Shown: positions 49,982 through 63,300 of the stretch, in pieces
Layout of the letters: the number at the start of each line of letters is the position of its first letter
How positions within the stretch are numbered: the stretch's first letter is position 1
DNA from: Lingula anatina
Taxonomy: Eukaryota > Animalia > Brachiopoda
Assembly (NCBI GenBank): GCA_051362555.1
Contig: CM120643.1
Span: 29,082,848 to 29,146,847, forward strand
DNA length: 64,000 bases
Direction of reading: 5' to 3'
Program-made: the position numbers and the translations under genes
Notes under the pieces: model-generated
Database searches by the model: none
Told to the model about the DNA's origin: nothing
The model's input: the letters and a program-made list of their open reading frames with translations, nothing else

Positions 49982-51187
49982 TAGAATACTGAAAACGCTT
50001 GGCTTTTTATTTCAGGTCAAATTTCACTCGTACCGCTGATATGGACAGTTGCCACTCCTTTATTGTTGTATGAAGATATCTGCGCATGTGCAAATTCGTG
50101 TTAAGAATATTTGTCTCCCCCATCCCAATGTACATCAAACTTTCATTTTCCCATTCATAACAAGAAAGAAGGCAACAAGAATCTCGATTGTTCGAGATTT
50201 GGCCAGACAGGGTCGCGTTTATTAAATAACCCCTATTCTAACAACAATAACAATGTAGCAAATTGTAGCCTGTATAAAATGGTATGGCCTTAGGGATAAA
50301 AATCATATATTAAATGTTCAAAAAGACTCATATCAACCTAAAAATTATTATGTGACGAGTCAGCAAAAGTTATTATTTACAAGCAATTTTGCACAAATTT
50401 CGTTTGTGGGGTTGACATATTTTGAACTGAAGTTGAAGATTAAAGTTGAAGATTAGAGATAACTTCTAGTTTAATCGAACCGTGCTCGTTAACAGAATGA
50501 ATCGATCGCAAAAAGGAGTCAGGCAGTCACGCCCACTTGGTATCAGTGGCAGCATGTGTCGCAATTGAGACGATCCCTCTAATGGGGAATTGAGCATGTG
50601 CAAATTGCGCATGTACGTAAATATTCTCTGGAGATTGTTGTCGCCATAAAATATCGTTTGAGTACGCCAAACTTCTTTAACATTGCATCCTTTGAAACAG
50701 CGCCCTTTTTAGCGTCCGTTTCTTTCTAGGCCAAAATACTCGTGGAAAGAACATTTTAACCTTGCTGTGTGTGAATAAGGGTTAAGCCTAGTTACAGCAT
50801 CATAACCCGGGCGTGATTTGTCCACGTGGAAGGCCTTTCCAGGGGAATATAATACCCCCAGTTAAAAATGAAATAAGATAATACACTGTATACATTGTTT
50901 CTGTTTACAATATTAGTTAGGTAAATGAATACTTTGACAAAAATATATCACCCAGATACACGGTGATTGTGCGTGTTCAAATGGCCCTGAAAGAAAAGGA
51001 CGCTGAAAAGAACGCTTTTTCATAGGATGGAATGTCAAACAACAGTTATTGTGAACATCTGAGAAAAAAGACAGCAAACTAACCGACATGTTTCTGTGCT
51101 TTGACTGAACATAAACAACCGTCAAGTCGCAAGTGCCTTCACTTTTGTATTGATTTGGAGAATTGAGACTTCTTTATTGTTGTATAA

Positions 51188-53291
51188 AGGCCTCGGACAC
51201 AACCGTCAGTGCTGGCTCCTACGGCCTGTTTGCGTCCAAATTTTGCGTAGAATCTCACGTGCCACCCAAGTCCTTCTTGGGCCAGCAAGCATGTGCGGAA
51301 GATGTTGGACATGTCCAAATGGTTCTACGAATAAAATGCGAACAACGATGCCGCAAACGTAACTTTCTCTACTCTCAAGGAGTTTGTGAGAAGTAAGCAA
51401 GTGAGTCGTGCGTGGTCTAAGGTCGTAAACAATGAAGGAGCAAGTGCCCTTTGCGTGTTGAGTACGACACACGCCCTCACAGCTAACGAGCAAAGTTGAA
51501 GGCACGGAGGAAGTGCTTTGCCCCCACACCAGGAGTATAAAAGACATGCTCACGATGTACGTTCGTGTCTCGACAAAAGAGAGTTTTGGCAAGGCTTTCC
51601 GTACGACCTTTAACGTACGACGTCATCACTTTGTGCGTGGTCTTTCTCAAGGACAAGTCATAAGTCATACGGCACTACGTATGATTTGGTGATTACACGT
51701 AGGTAAGAAACGTATCGAATTTAATAGATTTACGCTTATTTCTTTCAAGTTTAACATACTGCAGAGGAATATATAGGGTGTTAAGATTCCACTGAATCAC
51801 TTTTAGACGCTGTCGGTAGAAATGCTCTGTGAAAACAGCTGGAAAAACAGCCAGTCAATCAGTCGTCCGTAGTAGTATCAAATTCAATTTAAGTTGATTT
51901 TTTTTTCATAAACAACAGGATCTGCGGCATCAATTGACGTAAATAATACATTCCATTCAACATCTTCCATTATTCATCTATCTAAAAAGAATCCACAAGC
52001 AGCCCCATGTTCGTGTAATCCATATATATATATATAGGCCTATAAAAAACCACATACGGAGTGAGACCTGCCAAACCCACTGCTCGCTCTCTCGCGTACG
52101 TAAAACGTATTACGTATTGAACTATACGTTACACGTCATACGGAAAGCCTTGCCAAAACTCTCTAATAATGTCGCTTGTGTCTCGTGTACAACATTTCAA
52201 AAATTTTGAAATTTGCCCAATGCAGCTTCTAATATGCCTCCATAATGCAAGGGAAAGAAGCTAAGAGATCAGAAAAGAAGGAAGGAGGAAAAAGAAAGAA
52301 TGGGAGAACAAGAGGCAAAACTGACGTACGCGGTCAGTACGTCATTACAAGCGTGTGGGTCAAGTGCGAAGGAAAAGGAAATTATTTCGCCGTGCGTAGC
52401 ATTCTCTTCATAAATGGTGAGAGCGTGCCACGTGCGCAGGTAGCTAGACAAACTCAAGAAACGAGTACATCGCACCTTGCAATTAACGCCCCTGCTTCTC
52501 GCGTGGACCCTGCAACTCGCAAGCCAGACTTGCGCCTTTCCATTGCAAACTTTCTTCTACCTCTACGAACTCCACGGAAACTAAATTGAGCAAAAATTTG
52601 AAAATTTTGAAAATTGTTGTACAGTCGACGTTCATTGTAAAGACACGGGCGTGCGTCGTGAGCACGCCTTTTATACACCAGACGTGGGGGTGACGCACGT
52701 GCGACGCATTCCCGGTGTGCTTTCGACTTTGTTCGTTAGTTGTGAGGGCGTGCGCCTTACTTAACACGCAAAGGGCACTTGTTCCTTTATTGCTTGCGAC
52801 GTGCGTCTTGCAAAACGCGCTTCTCTCTTGCTAAAGCCTAGGTCCCAACTACGTTTTGGACGCACGGTTTTTAGGTTCCTTGCGTCCGGCTAAGACGTAG
52901 CTAGATCGCACGTAGCAGCTGTTGATTATGTCGAAAAGTTACTACGTGCTGTTTGCGTCCTCCAAAAATCGTACGATGGACGTGCTCCTCACGCACGAAC
53001 TCCCACGTTTTCTCCGTTTTTTTTGGCCGTAGACCACACGTAGCAGCCCGTACGTTCGGTTGGGACCTAGCCCTAACTCTGTTCGAGGGGAGTAAGTTAC
53101 GCTTGCGGCCTCGCTGTTCGCAGGCTATTCGTAGAATCTTTTGGACATGTCCAACATCTTCCGTACGTGCTTACGGGCTGTCTGCGAACTCGAAATTTCG
53201 TAAGAAGGACTTGCGTGGGACGTGAAATTCTGTGCAAATTTTGGACGCAAACAACCCGTAAGAGCCCGAACGGCCGGTTGTAACCGAGGCT
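51188..53291. mobile_element. ~2.1-kb non-autonomous DNA transposon (PIF/Harbinger-like) inserted in the array
   Basis: Termini GGCCTCGGACACAACCG and CGGTTGTAACCGAGGCT, with TAA on both flanks and long internal inverted blocks. Other array units show the empty site (TGTATGAAGATATCTGCGCATGTG). Confidence 0.75.
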
Positions 53292-56200
53292 TAAGTTATC
53301 TGTACATGTGCAAATTTGTGGAAAGAATATTTAACAATGCATCCTTTGAAACAGCGGCCAGTTAAAAAATGACATAAAATGGTGCACTGTATAGATTGTT
53401 TCTGTTTACCATATAAGTTAGGTAAATGAATGTTTTGACAAAAATATATACCACAGATATGTGGTGATCGTGCGTGTTCAGATGGCCCAGAAAGAAAAGG
53501 ACGCTTAAAAGGACGCCGTTTCATAGGATGGAATGTCAAACAACAGTTATTGTGAACATCTTAGAAAAATATTAGCAAACTTACCGACATGTTTCTGGGC
53601 TTTGATTGACCTTAAACAACCGTCTTTTAGCAGGTGCCTTGACTTTTGTATTTATATGGAGAATTGGGACTTATTTGTCGCTGTATGAAATTATCCTTGT
53701 AAGTGCAAGTTCTTGGAAAGAACATTTCATTACCATGCTGTGTTTAAATAAGGGTTAAGGTTATCTACCTTATGTGTGAATAAGGGTTAAAGTTATCTAC
53801 CTTATGAGCTACCCAAAGATTTTTCCCAGGGAATACACGCCCCCAGTTAAACAATGATATAAAACAGTGCGCTGTATACATTGTTTCTGTTTACGATATA
53901 AGTTAATGAATATTGGTAATGATAAATGAATACTTTGACAAAAATTATATACCACAGATACGCGGCGATCGTGCGTGTTCAGATGGCCCAGAAAGAAAAG
54001 GACGCTGAAAAGGACGCCGTTTCATAGGATGGAATGTCAAACAACAGTTACATTGTATTGTGAACATCTGCGAAAAATGGCAGCGAACTAGCCGACATGT
54101 TTCTGTGCTTTGATTGAACTTAAACAACCGTCCAGTCGCAGGTGCCTTGACTTTTGTACTGATATGGACAGTTGCTACTCCTTTATCGATGTATGAAGGT
54201 ATCCGCGCATGTGCAAATTCGTGGAAAGAATATTTTTCTCCCCCATCCCAATGTACCACAAACTTGCATTTTCCCATTCATAACAAGAAAGAAGGCAACA
54301 AGAATCTCGATTGTTCGAGATTTGGCAAAACAAGGCCGCTTTTATTATATGAACCCACTATCCTAATCATTTTAACAATTATAACAATGTAGCAAATTGT
54401 TGTCTGTATTAAATGTCAAATATTCAGTAAGACTTATCATCCTAAAAATTATTATGTGATGAGTCAGGAAAAGTTATTATTTACAAACAATTTTTTCACA
54501 AATTTCGTTTGTCGGGTTAAAATATTTTGAACTAAAGATTTAAGTTGAAGATTAGACATAAATTCTAGTTTAATCGAACCGTGCGCGTTAAAATGAATCG
54601 ATCCGAAAATGGGGTCAGGCAGTCACGCCCACTTGGTATCAGTAGCAACATGTGCCTCACTGGAAACGATCCCTCTAATGGGGCATTGAGCATATGTGCA
54701 TCCTTTGAAACAGCGCCCTTTTTTGCGTCCGTTTCTTTCTAGGCCAAATTACTCGTGGAAAGAACACTTTAACCTTGCTGTGTGTGAATATGGGTTTAAG
54801 CCTAGTTACGGCATCATTATCCGGGCGTGATTTATCCACTTGAAAGGCCTTTTCCAGGGGAATATAATACCCTCAATTAAAAATGAAATAAGACAATACA
54901 CTGTATACTTTGTATCTGTTTACAATATTAGTTAGGTAAATGTATACTTTGACAAAAATATATCACACAGATACACAGTGCTTGTGCGTGTTCAAATGGC
55001 CCTGAAAGAAAAGGACGCTGAAAAGAACGCTTTTTCATAGGATGGAATGTCAAACAACAGTTATTGTGAACATCTGAGAAAAAAGGCGGCAAACTAGCCG
55101 ACATGTTTCTGTGCTTTGACTGAACTTATACAACCGTCCAGTCGCAAGTGCCTTGACTTTTGTATTGATTTGGACAGTTGCTACTCCTTTATCGTTGTAT
55201 GAAGATATCTGCGCTTGTGCAAATTCGTGGAAGGAATATTTGTCTCCTCCATCCCAACGTGCCACAAAACTTTCATTTTCCCATTCATAGCAAGAAAGAA
55301 GGCAACAAGAATCTCGATTGTTCGAGATTTGGCAAAACAAGGCCGCTTTTATTATATGAACCCACTATACTAATCATTTTAACAATTATAACAATGTAGC
55401 AAATTGTTGTCTGTATTAAATGTCAAATATTCAGTAAGACTTATCATCCTAAAAATTATTATGTGATGAGTCAGGAAAAGTTATTATTTACAAACAATTT
55501 TTTCACAAATTTCGTTTGTCGGGTTGAAATATTTTGAACTGAAGATTTAAGTTGAATATTAGAGATAACTTCTAGTTTAATCGCACCTTGCGCGTTAACG
55601 GATGAATCGATCGCAAAATGGGGTTAGGCAGTCACGCCCACTTGGTATCAGTGGCAGCATGTGTCTCAAATGAGACGATCCCTCTAATGGGGAATTGAGC
55701 ATGTGCAAATTGTGCATGTACGTAAATAAGCTCTGGAGATTCTTGTCGCCATAAAATGTCGTTTGACTACGCCAAAATTTTCTTTTACATTGCATCCTTT
55801 GAAACAGCGTCTTTTTGAGCGCCCCTTTCTTTCTGGGTCAAAATACTCCCGAAGAGAACATTTTAACCATGCTGTGTGTGAATAAGGGTTATATTAAGCC
55901 TACATGTAGTTAGAACACTATTATAGGGGCGTGGTTTACCCACGTGAAAGTCCTTTTCCAGGGGAATATACTGCCTCCAGTTAAAACAATTATATCAGAC
56001 AGAGCACTGTTCACATTGTTTCTGTTTACAATATTAGTTAGATAAATGAATACTTTGGCAAAAAATATATACCATAGATACACGGTAATTGTGCGAGTTC
56101 AAATTGAAAAGAAAGAAAACGACGCTGTTTCATAAATTGGAATGTGAAACAAGTTTTTGTGAACACTTGAGCAAAGAAAAGAAAAGCAGCAAACTTACCG

Positions 56201-57574
56201 ACATGTTTCTGGGCTTTGACTGAACTTATACAACCGTCTTGTGGCAGGTGCCTTGACTTTTGTATTGATTTGGAGAATTTCGACTTCTTTATAGTAGTAC
56301 GAAGTTATCCGCGCATGTGCAAGTTTGTTTTAAACCATACTGTGTGTGAATATGGGGTTAAGGTTACCTACCTGGGAGAGCACTTTAGCAACCGTCCAGT
56401 CGCAAGTGTCTTGACTTATCTTTATCGCTGTATGGAGTTATCTTGGAAAGAATATTTCAAACCATGCTGTGTGTGTATAAGGGTTAAGGTTATCAACCTG
56501 GGAGAGCATCTTAATCTTGACATGCTACCCACGTGAAAGATTTTTACCCAGGGAATATACTGCTCCAATTAAAAAATGACAGAAGACAGTACACTGTTCA
56601 CAGTTTCTGTTTACAGTATTAGTTAGGTACAATAAATGAATACTTTGACAAAAATATGTCACCCAAATACACCAAATTTCGGAAATTTTCAGACCTTTTC
56701 GTCACCCCATTGACCTTTTTATCCTCGTCTGAACTTCTTATCTCAGTGCCGCCTCCTTTGGTGTCGTAAATGATTAAATATTAGAACACCATTATGTGAT
56801 TATCTGTGATTTTCATATTCACCAATGAAGAAGGTAATGTTTTTATCGGCCTTGGTGTGTCTGCTTGTGGTTTGTTATTAAAATAAGCAAGATTTCTCAA
56901 TAAGTTTTTCACAAAACTTTGATGGCATTCTCATTTCAATTTGTATTTATTCTCGTTCTCCTTACATTGTAAAATAAGATATAATAAAGGAAAGAAGTTG
57001 ACATTTCAAATCACCAATATGAGCTCATTATGGCGATGGACATATGTGTGTCTTATTGAAACAAACAAAGAAATAGGAAAAATACGCTGGGATACGTTAT
57101 TTGATTAAATGAATATAGGCCTATCATGGTTGACATTATGCATAAAGGGTTAAAACGTCAAAATCCATTCCAGTGGAAGTTAAATGCCATTAATTGTTTG
57201 CCTTCACTTTTAGGAAATGAATACACTTTACATTATATATCAACCTGTACGACAATTATACGCTTATGTTGTAACGTCCATGATCTTTAAAAAATGAGGC
57301 GAAAAGAAACATTATCTATTCCCCTCGACCATTGAGACAAAACGTATTTCTAACATACACCACCCCTTACCCTCCGCCTAGATCCAGTAATGAGGCTCTA
57401 TTATTCTCCCTTTGTCGCCCTCCTCCACCCCCCCCCCCCTCCCCTCTACTCACAAACGTCACCACATGCCGTTTTGTTTCTGTTAAACCAGCGACCTCGA
57501 ACTGTCTCATAGATTTGACGTCTTTATGAAACCCTGCGAACAGTTAGCACACTGTCTGCGGTTTATTTACTTAA

Positions 57575-57741
57575 CAGGCCCGTAGCCAGGGGGGTTCGGG
57601 GGGTTCGAAAGAACCGCCCCTTTTGGTGGGAAAAGGTCCACTCTGGGTAAAATTTGATCTAGGTTCATGAAGTTTTTATGGAAAAAGGTCCACTTTTTCA
57701 GAAAAAGAACCCCCCTTTTGAAATTGCTGGCTACGGGCCTG
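57575..57741. mobile_element. hAT-like MITE with perfect 15-bp TIRs
   Basis: CAGGCCCGTAGCCAG...CTGGCTACGGGCCTG; relatives at 44700-44875 and, partial, at 46641-46750. Confidence 0.8.
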
Positions 57742-58807
57742 CTTATTTATATGGAAGACTTTGAAGACTGACCGCCCTGGGACGACAATAAACAAAACAC
57801 CGCCGCACACCAAGAATTGCCGATCACTATAAATATTTGAGAAAAGATGAAACACAGTCACGGGACAGTTGTTATCAGAATGAGACTGACTTCGTACCTT
57901 GAGTATATTGAAGTGTTCAGAATTAAACAGTCATACGAAGTGGGTGTTGGTGTCACCAGTCTATTTCTATCTGACGGTCGCCTGTAGTCAAGCTGAGTGA
58001 TTAGAGCGCCGTTGGATCAAGATGGGATACTGCTGGGCCGGCGACTTGATGATATTGTGCCAACATTTAATATCTAAAGATTCTGCTATACCTTTATTCA
58101 ATATACTTTCCGAGTTGAGTAGTAAGTAGCTATACCCTTTTAAACACCCTATATCATTCTCTATAGTGGTTTTTATATGGTTTTATATGCTGTGTGTGTG
58201 TATGTGTGCATGTGTGTGTGTGTGTGTGTGTGTGCAGGAGGGGGGTACTTTATATCCCGCACCCACCTGTCTGAGTTATTTTATCTGTGAGTAAGCTGCG
58301 ATGGCGGTCTACAACATTGTGTTAGTTGTTCTTCAGTAATTGTGCTGGGCGGTGATTGTGACCAAATGTGCATATAACAGTGCGTTAGTGCACATGAAGT
58401 ACTTGAAAATATGGTAGTTAATTCATCCTGGCTTACAGTTTCATACTATCATTTTGCGAAGGATTCTACTTCAGATTAAGATATTATCCCTTTCATTTAA
58501 ACGTCGATAAAACAGTTAAAACGCTTATTGCCTGTCTCTTTTTGTAATCTGTTTTATTCTCCCTTCTTGATAATTGGCACACTGACTTGGTATACAAATA
58601 ATTTATGTTGGGTAACTTTAAAAGAAAATAAAAATTAAATAAATAAAAAGTCTTTACCTCAATGCAATGAACACTACCCATGGCACAATCTACAAGACAG
58701 TTCCCCTCAAACTTAGTACTAGATTTTGTGGTATATTTTCATTTCTATTTTCTTTTTTAAATTTTAATATTACTATATAATTATTTTATTAATAGTTGTT
58801 TTTTTAG

Positions 58808-58809
<2 letters not shown>

Positions 58810-58861
<52 letters not shown>

Positions 58862-59458
58862 CACCCATGGATGCGAACACACACACGCTCCAATTTCCAG
58901 AGTTTTCACCTTGATACAACTTTAAAGGCTGATTCTATGATGGACGGGAAGCCGATAAAAGCAAGATAAAAAACAAGCATACTCTCTGACGACAGGGTGC
59001 GCTGGTAGTCTGTTACAAAGTCTGCAAAGTTATTGATATAAATAAAACTCGCGCACCTCCTTCACAATTTCCTTCTTTAAGTTGTTTAAAGTTTATTCAT
59101 CTTGATATATTTAAAAAAATGTTTTTTTATTATCTTTTATTTTCAATAACTACGAAGTACAGTTGAATCGTGTCATGAAAGAGGCAGAGACTTGTCTGTG
59201 AACGTAGTGAAAAATCAGCTGTGACCCGGTAGACTTATGCCCTCACTGTGACCTACTTTTTACAGTGAAAATATTCAGACTTTATTAGCGCCTGTGTTGT
59301 GTCGTGAACATTTAGTCTACATTCCTGCCCCCCCCCCCCCCCACCCCCACCTTTAGCAAAACCCTGAATGTATTAATTTTGACCTATTGCATAACGATTC
59401 CGGGAATAGTAATCCTTAATCTATTTGTTCCGAATCTCCAGCAACCTCGTCAGTGGAG
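58810..59458 (+). repeat. Dispersed direct repeat, copy 2, upstream of the TSP1-Sushi gene
   Basis: Collinear with 41480-42461, with internal deletions. Confidence 0.85.
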
Positions 59459-60056
59459 CTTCCGCTTCAGTGCTGACGATCCCAGATGATGACGTCTGCA
59501 CTGCCCGAGGGCAGAAGCCACTCAATAATTCCTCAAGCACTGACCACCCTACCAATACGTCTGGAAAACTACAACATTACCTGAAGAAAATAATTTGGTG
59601 AAACACTTCCTAACCCCCGACCTAAAATGAACCTCAGAAGGACGAAAATTATACAGTAACAACCAACGTTTCTTACCGATATCAGTGCTACAAGTGCACT
59701 CCTAAATTTGTAAATAAACGGCTCAGACGGCTGCATCACTGGCTTTCCTTAACTACTCACACCAGAGGTCGCACACTGCGCCACTCTCGTTCCAGATCCT
59801 GGAAAAAATATATGTATGCAGCAGTTTACACCCTAGCCTACTAGCTGACACCAAAATTAACAATCCACTAAAATATCAGAAAAAATGGGAAAATCACTTT
59901 TTAATTACAACACTCCATTCGTATACTATAACAGGCCATGATTGGTCTATTTGGTGGCTTCTCTTTAATCCTGTTTAGGCTGTTTGAGGTCCGTATCCTG
60001 GTTGTAAATCCAGTCATTTAGGACGGAGGCAGCGCCGTAGACAGCAGTTCTTCAAG

Positions 60057-60265
60057 ATGAAAGGCTATCTGACGTTGATTTGCTGTTCAGTTTTTCTTAT
60101 ATTATTGAGTTCGAAGGTTTTTTGTTCCAGCGATGTTAGCGACGATGCAGAAAGGTTCGTGTGTAGATGTCATTCTATCTTCGCTTAAGTTTCATGTACT
60201 AATGCCATGCCTTTTTTGTGTTTGAAAGCCCAAGCTTTATCTTTATCATTATTTTTATCACTATG

Positions 60266-60349
<84 letters not shown>

Positions 60350-63300
60350 GAAACACTGACGCGAAACTTTCTGGTGTATTCTGCATTTGTCATATTTCTT
60401 ATATGTATTATGTTGGATTTTCAAAAGGTTAATTTCACGATACTTTTTTGACCCGCATATATATTTTTTCAAGAATATCAATTCAAAGTAAAATTATATG
60501 ATGACGTGCATTATACGTGTACGTTCAAACACCCGTTGATATCCAGAGATTTCCTTTAAACATTTCATTTTTGTTATTTAATGATCAGTTTTTTCACGAA
60601 TAAGACATGTTCTTAAAAAACTCTCTTTTAGCTGAGGAGGTGCAATTATGTTTACAAACAAAACAGACAAATGAAGAAACACGTAAATTGAAAATTTTGT
60701 AAAAATTTTGAGATCATATTCCGTCCAGGATGTACATTGTGTACAGAATTAATCCAAGATTGCAGATAAGTCCGTATATACAAGCTATTAAAGCAGTGCC
60801 AAGCTAGATAGAAAGGAACAGCAGTATCTATTTATTTACTGAATGAGTTTATACTTAGGACGGGTGTCCTTTCGTGTTTAGTTATTTCGTTGGACGCATA
60901 CCGACTTAACCCCCCCACCCTATCTCCGCTCCCTTCTCGTTGTTTAACCAAGCCCTGATATCCTTCTCGCCCCTTGGCGACCACAAACTTAATCAGGGAT
61001 TTTCATAAAGCTCAGATCCGCGTTTGGTTATTTTTCAGTCCAGCTTCCATTATCAAGCAAGTAATTATTGAGGAAATAAGTTGATGATTCACGTTTGTTG
61101 TATCCGTGTGTTACGCCGCTTGCCGCTTGTGAAGACACTGATTAAACCCAAATATACCCTCTCTCACAGGTCTTCCCTCTCTGTTACCTAGCTGTATGAA
61201 GTCTTATGTAAAAATCTGTAACAGCTAGAGGCATCTGGTAAAAAAACAATTGCATACGTTTTCTTTTTTTTTTTTTTCATCTGTAAGAATTCTCGCCATT
61301 CTTTTATATCATAAATCTTATTTTCACTCTTTACTTAAGTTAGATATATGTTATATGTACAGATATGGTGGAATACATTTTCTATACAAACAAATGGGTT
61401 CGCAGGGGGGAATTACAACCCACCTTTTTTTATTTGGGAGTGGGATTTATGACTAGTATTTTTTTTATTGAAACTGATATTCTGTTTTGGGAGTGGGAGC
61501 TGTATCCGGCTTGTGATGTCCGTACATTATAGACCATTATATATACACATGTACAACTGCAATGTAGACTTAATTTAGGGGTCTTATTAGTTATTAACAG
61601 ATCTTTTTAAATATCTTATAATAATTCATACTTTAAGATAATGGGTTCTTAAATTATTCAAATTTCGGTAAATTAATGTATAAAATAATCTAAGCATAGA
61701 ACGCATTCACAAACAATAATTTTTTAATGTGAAAATATGTCCATTTTGAAACCAGTGCCGATGACCAAGAGAACGAGATATTTATCTCGGAGCGGGCGGC
61801 CAAAGCTGTTGCTAAGAAACCACGGCGCGTGAAGCGTGGCTTCCGGTTCCGGGTTCGATTCCGTGTCAAAAGGCTCTGGGGAGAGGAGAGAAACGAGGAG
61901 AGGGAGAGTAGGAACGAGGCTGCACGGCGGGCGGCGCACAATGATTTCTGCAGGAAGAATTGCAAGTGGTCGGCGTGGACTAGCTGGACCGGGTGTTCCG
62001 CTAGATGTGGGAACGGCGGTATGTATAGTATGATTATTATTTCCATTACTTATCAACGGTTTTTGAAACAGCCACATTCGTCTCATGAGACTGAACAATG
62101 TAGATATTTATAATTTTAAAATAAAAATTCTGAAACAAACCAACAAAAATGACAAATACCGATGCACCTAAAAGCACACACTAGAGGCAATTGGAAATTA
62201 TTTTTTTTCATTTTAAGCTTTGATTCGATTCTGTTACACCAAATTAAGCTTTAAGTGAATGAGCTTTTAAGCTTTAACTGATGAAACAGAAGAAACCCAA
62301 ACGAAATTTTACAACGCGTTAGCTTCATATATAAACGTATAAAAAGTATGAATAAAGCATATATAAACTGACAACTAGATTTTTCTAAGCCTAGTGTATT
62401 TCTCTTCCAGGTATCCGAACGCGCACGCACACACGCCAATATCCGGGCAACTGCGGCGCGTGGGCGAGTGCAAATGGCTGTACGGGCACTGCCACAGAGA
62501 CAGACAACAAATGCGCACAACCATGCCAAAACGGAGGAATAGCAGCAAACAAATTCTGCCTGTGCACTCTGCAGTTTAAAGGAACTTGTTGTGAACTGAG
62601 TAAGGACACACTTTATGTTAGTCTAAGTATTTTGAGGATTTACAAGTATTAGTATATATGTTAAAAAAGCACAAGGAGATTTGCTTTTAAGTAAGCGCAG
62701 AATCTCTCTCACACAAGGACAGTCGTACACCTGCACACACACAAACACATATGAAAAATAATTATCCTCAGGTGGCGAAGGCCTTGATTGCAAAAACACG
62801 TATATCATTACTCACAACTCTGGTCGACAATGGTGACATAGTTGTTTTTCATATAATTGGATCGATCTAAAATAAATAAACTTACCAACAAACGAAGTAA
62901 TGAACGAACAAACAAACATGCAAATAATAAATGGAGTAAAAAACCAAGCAAACAATTCAATGTTTTGAAAGTGAATATATATAACTTTATTAATTTATTA
63001 AATACATAAATACATAAATAATTATCCCCAGGGAAGCAGTGTCAACACCCGGGTAAACCTGCCCACGGCTCCGTGACTCCTGACAGCGCACCTAACAACT
63101 ACGGCACCATAGCTCGGTACAGCTGCCAGACGGGATACAGGCTGCAGGGGGCCGCCACCAGGAAGTGTGAGGCTAACGAGCAGTGGGCGGGGACCGTGCC
63201 CTCGTGTCAACGTAAGTGTAAAATGTCAACATATGGCATGGGGTACTTTTCAGTGAAAAATTCAGTCGATTTCTATTTTAGAAATGCTAGTCGTGTATGA

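Larger units (their letters stand above)
48190..56680. repeat. Complex tandem array of ~0.5-1.6 kb modular units
   Basis: Recurring blocks include CATGTTTCTGTGCTTTGA..CAACCGTC (6x), AACAAGAATCTCGATTGTTCGA (4x), AGGCAGTCACGCCCACTTGGTATCAG (4x) and AAATGAATACTTTGACAAAAA (6x). Confidence 0.93.

Noticed and set aside
51150-53290. Cluster of 60-128 aa ORFs as a possible transposase
   Set aside because: There is no DDE or other recognisable motif; the ORFs overlap on both strands inside a GC-rich non-autonomous element.
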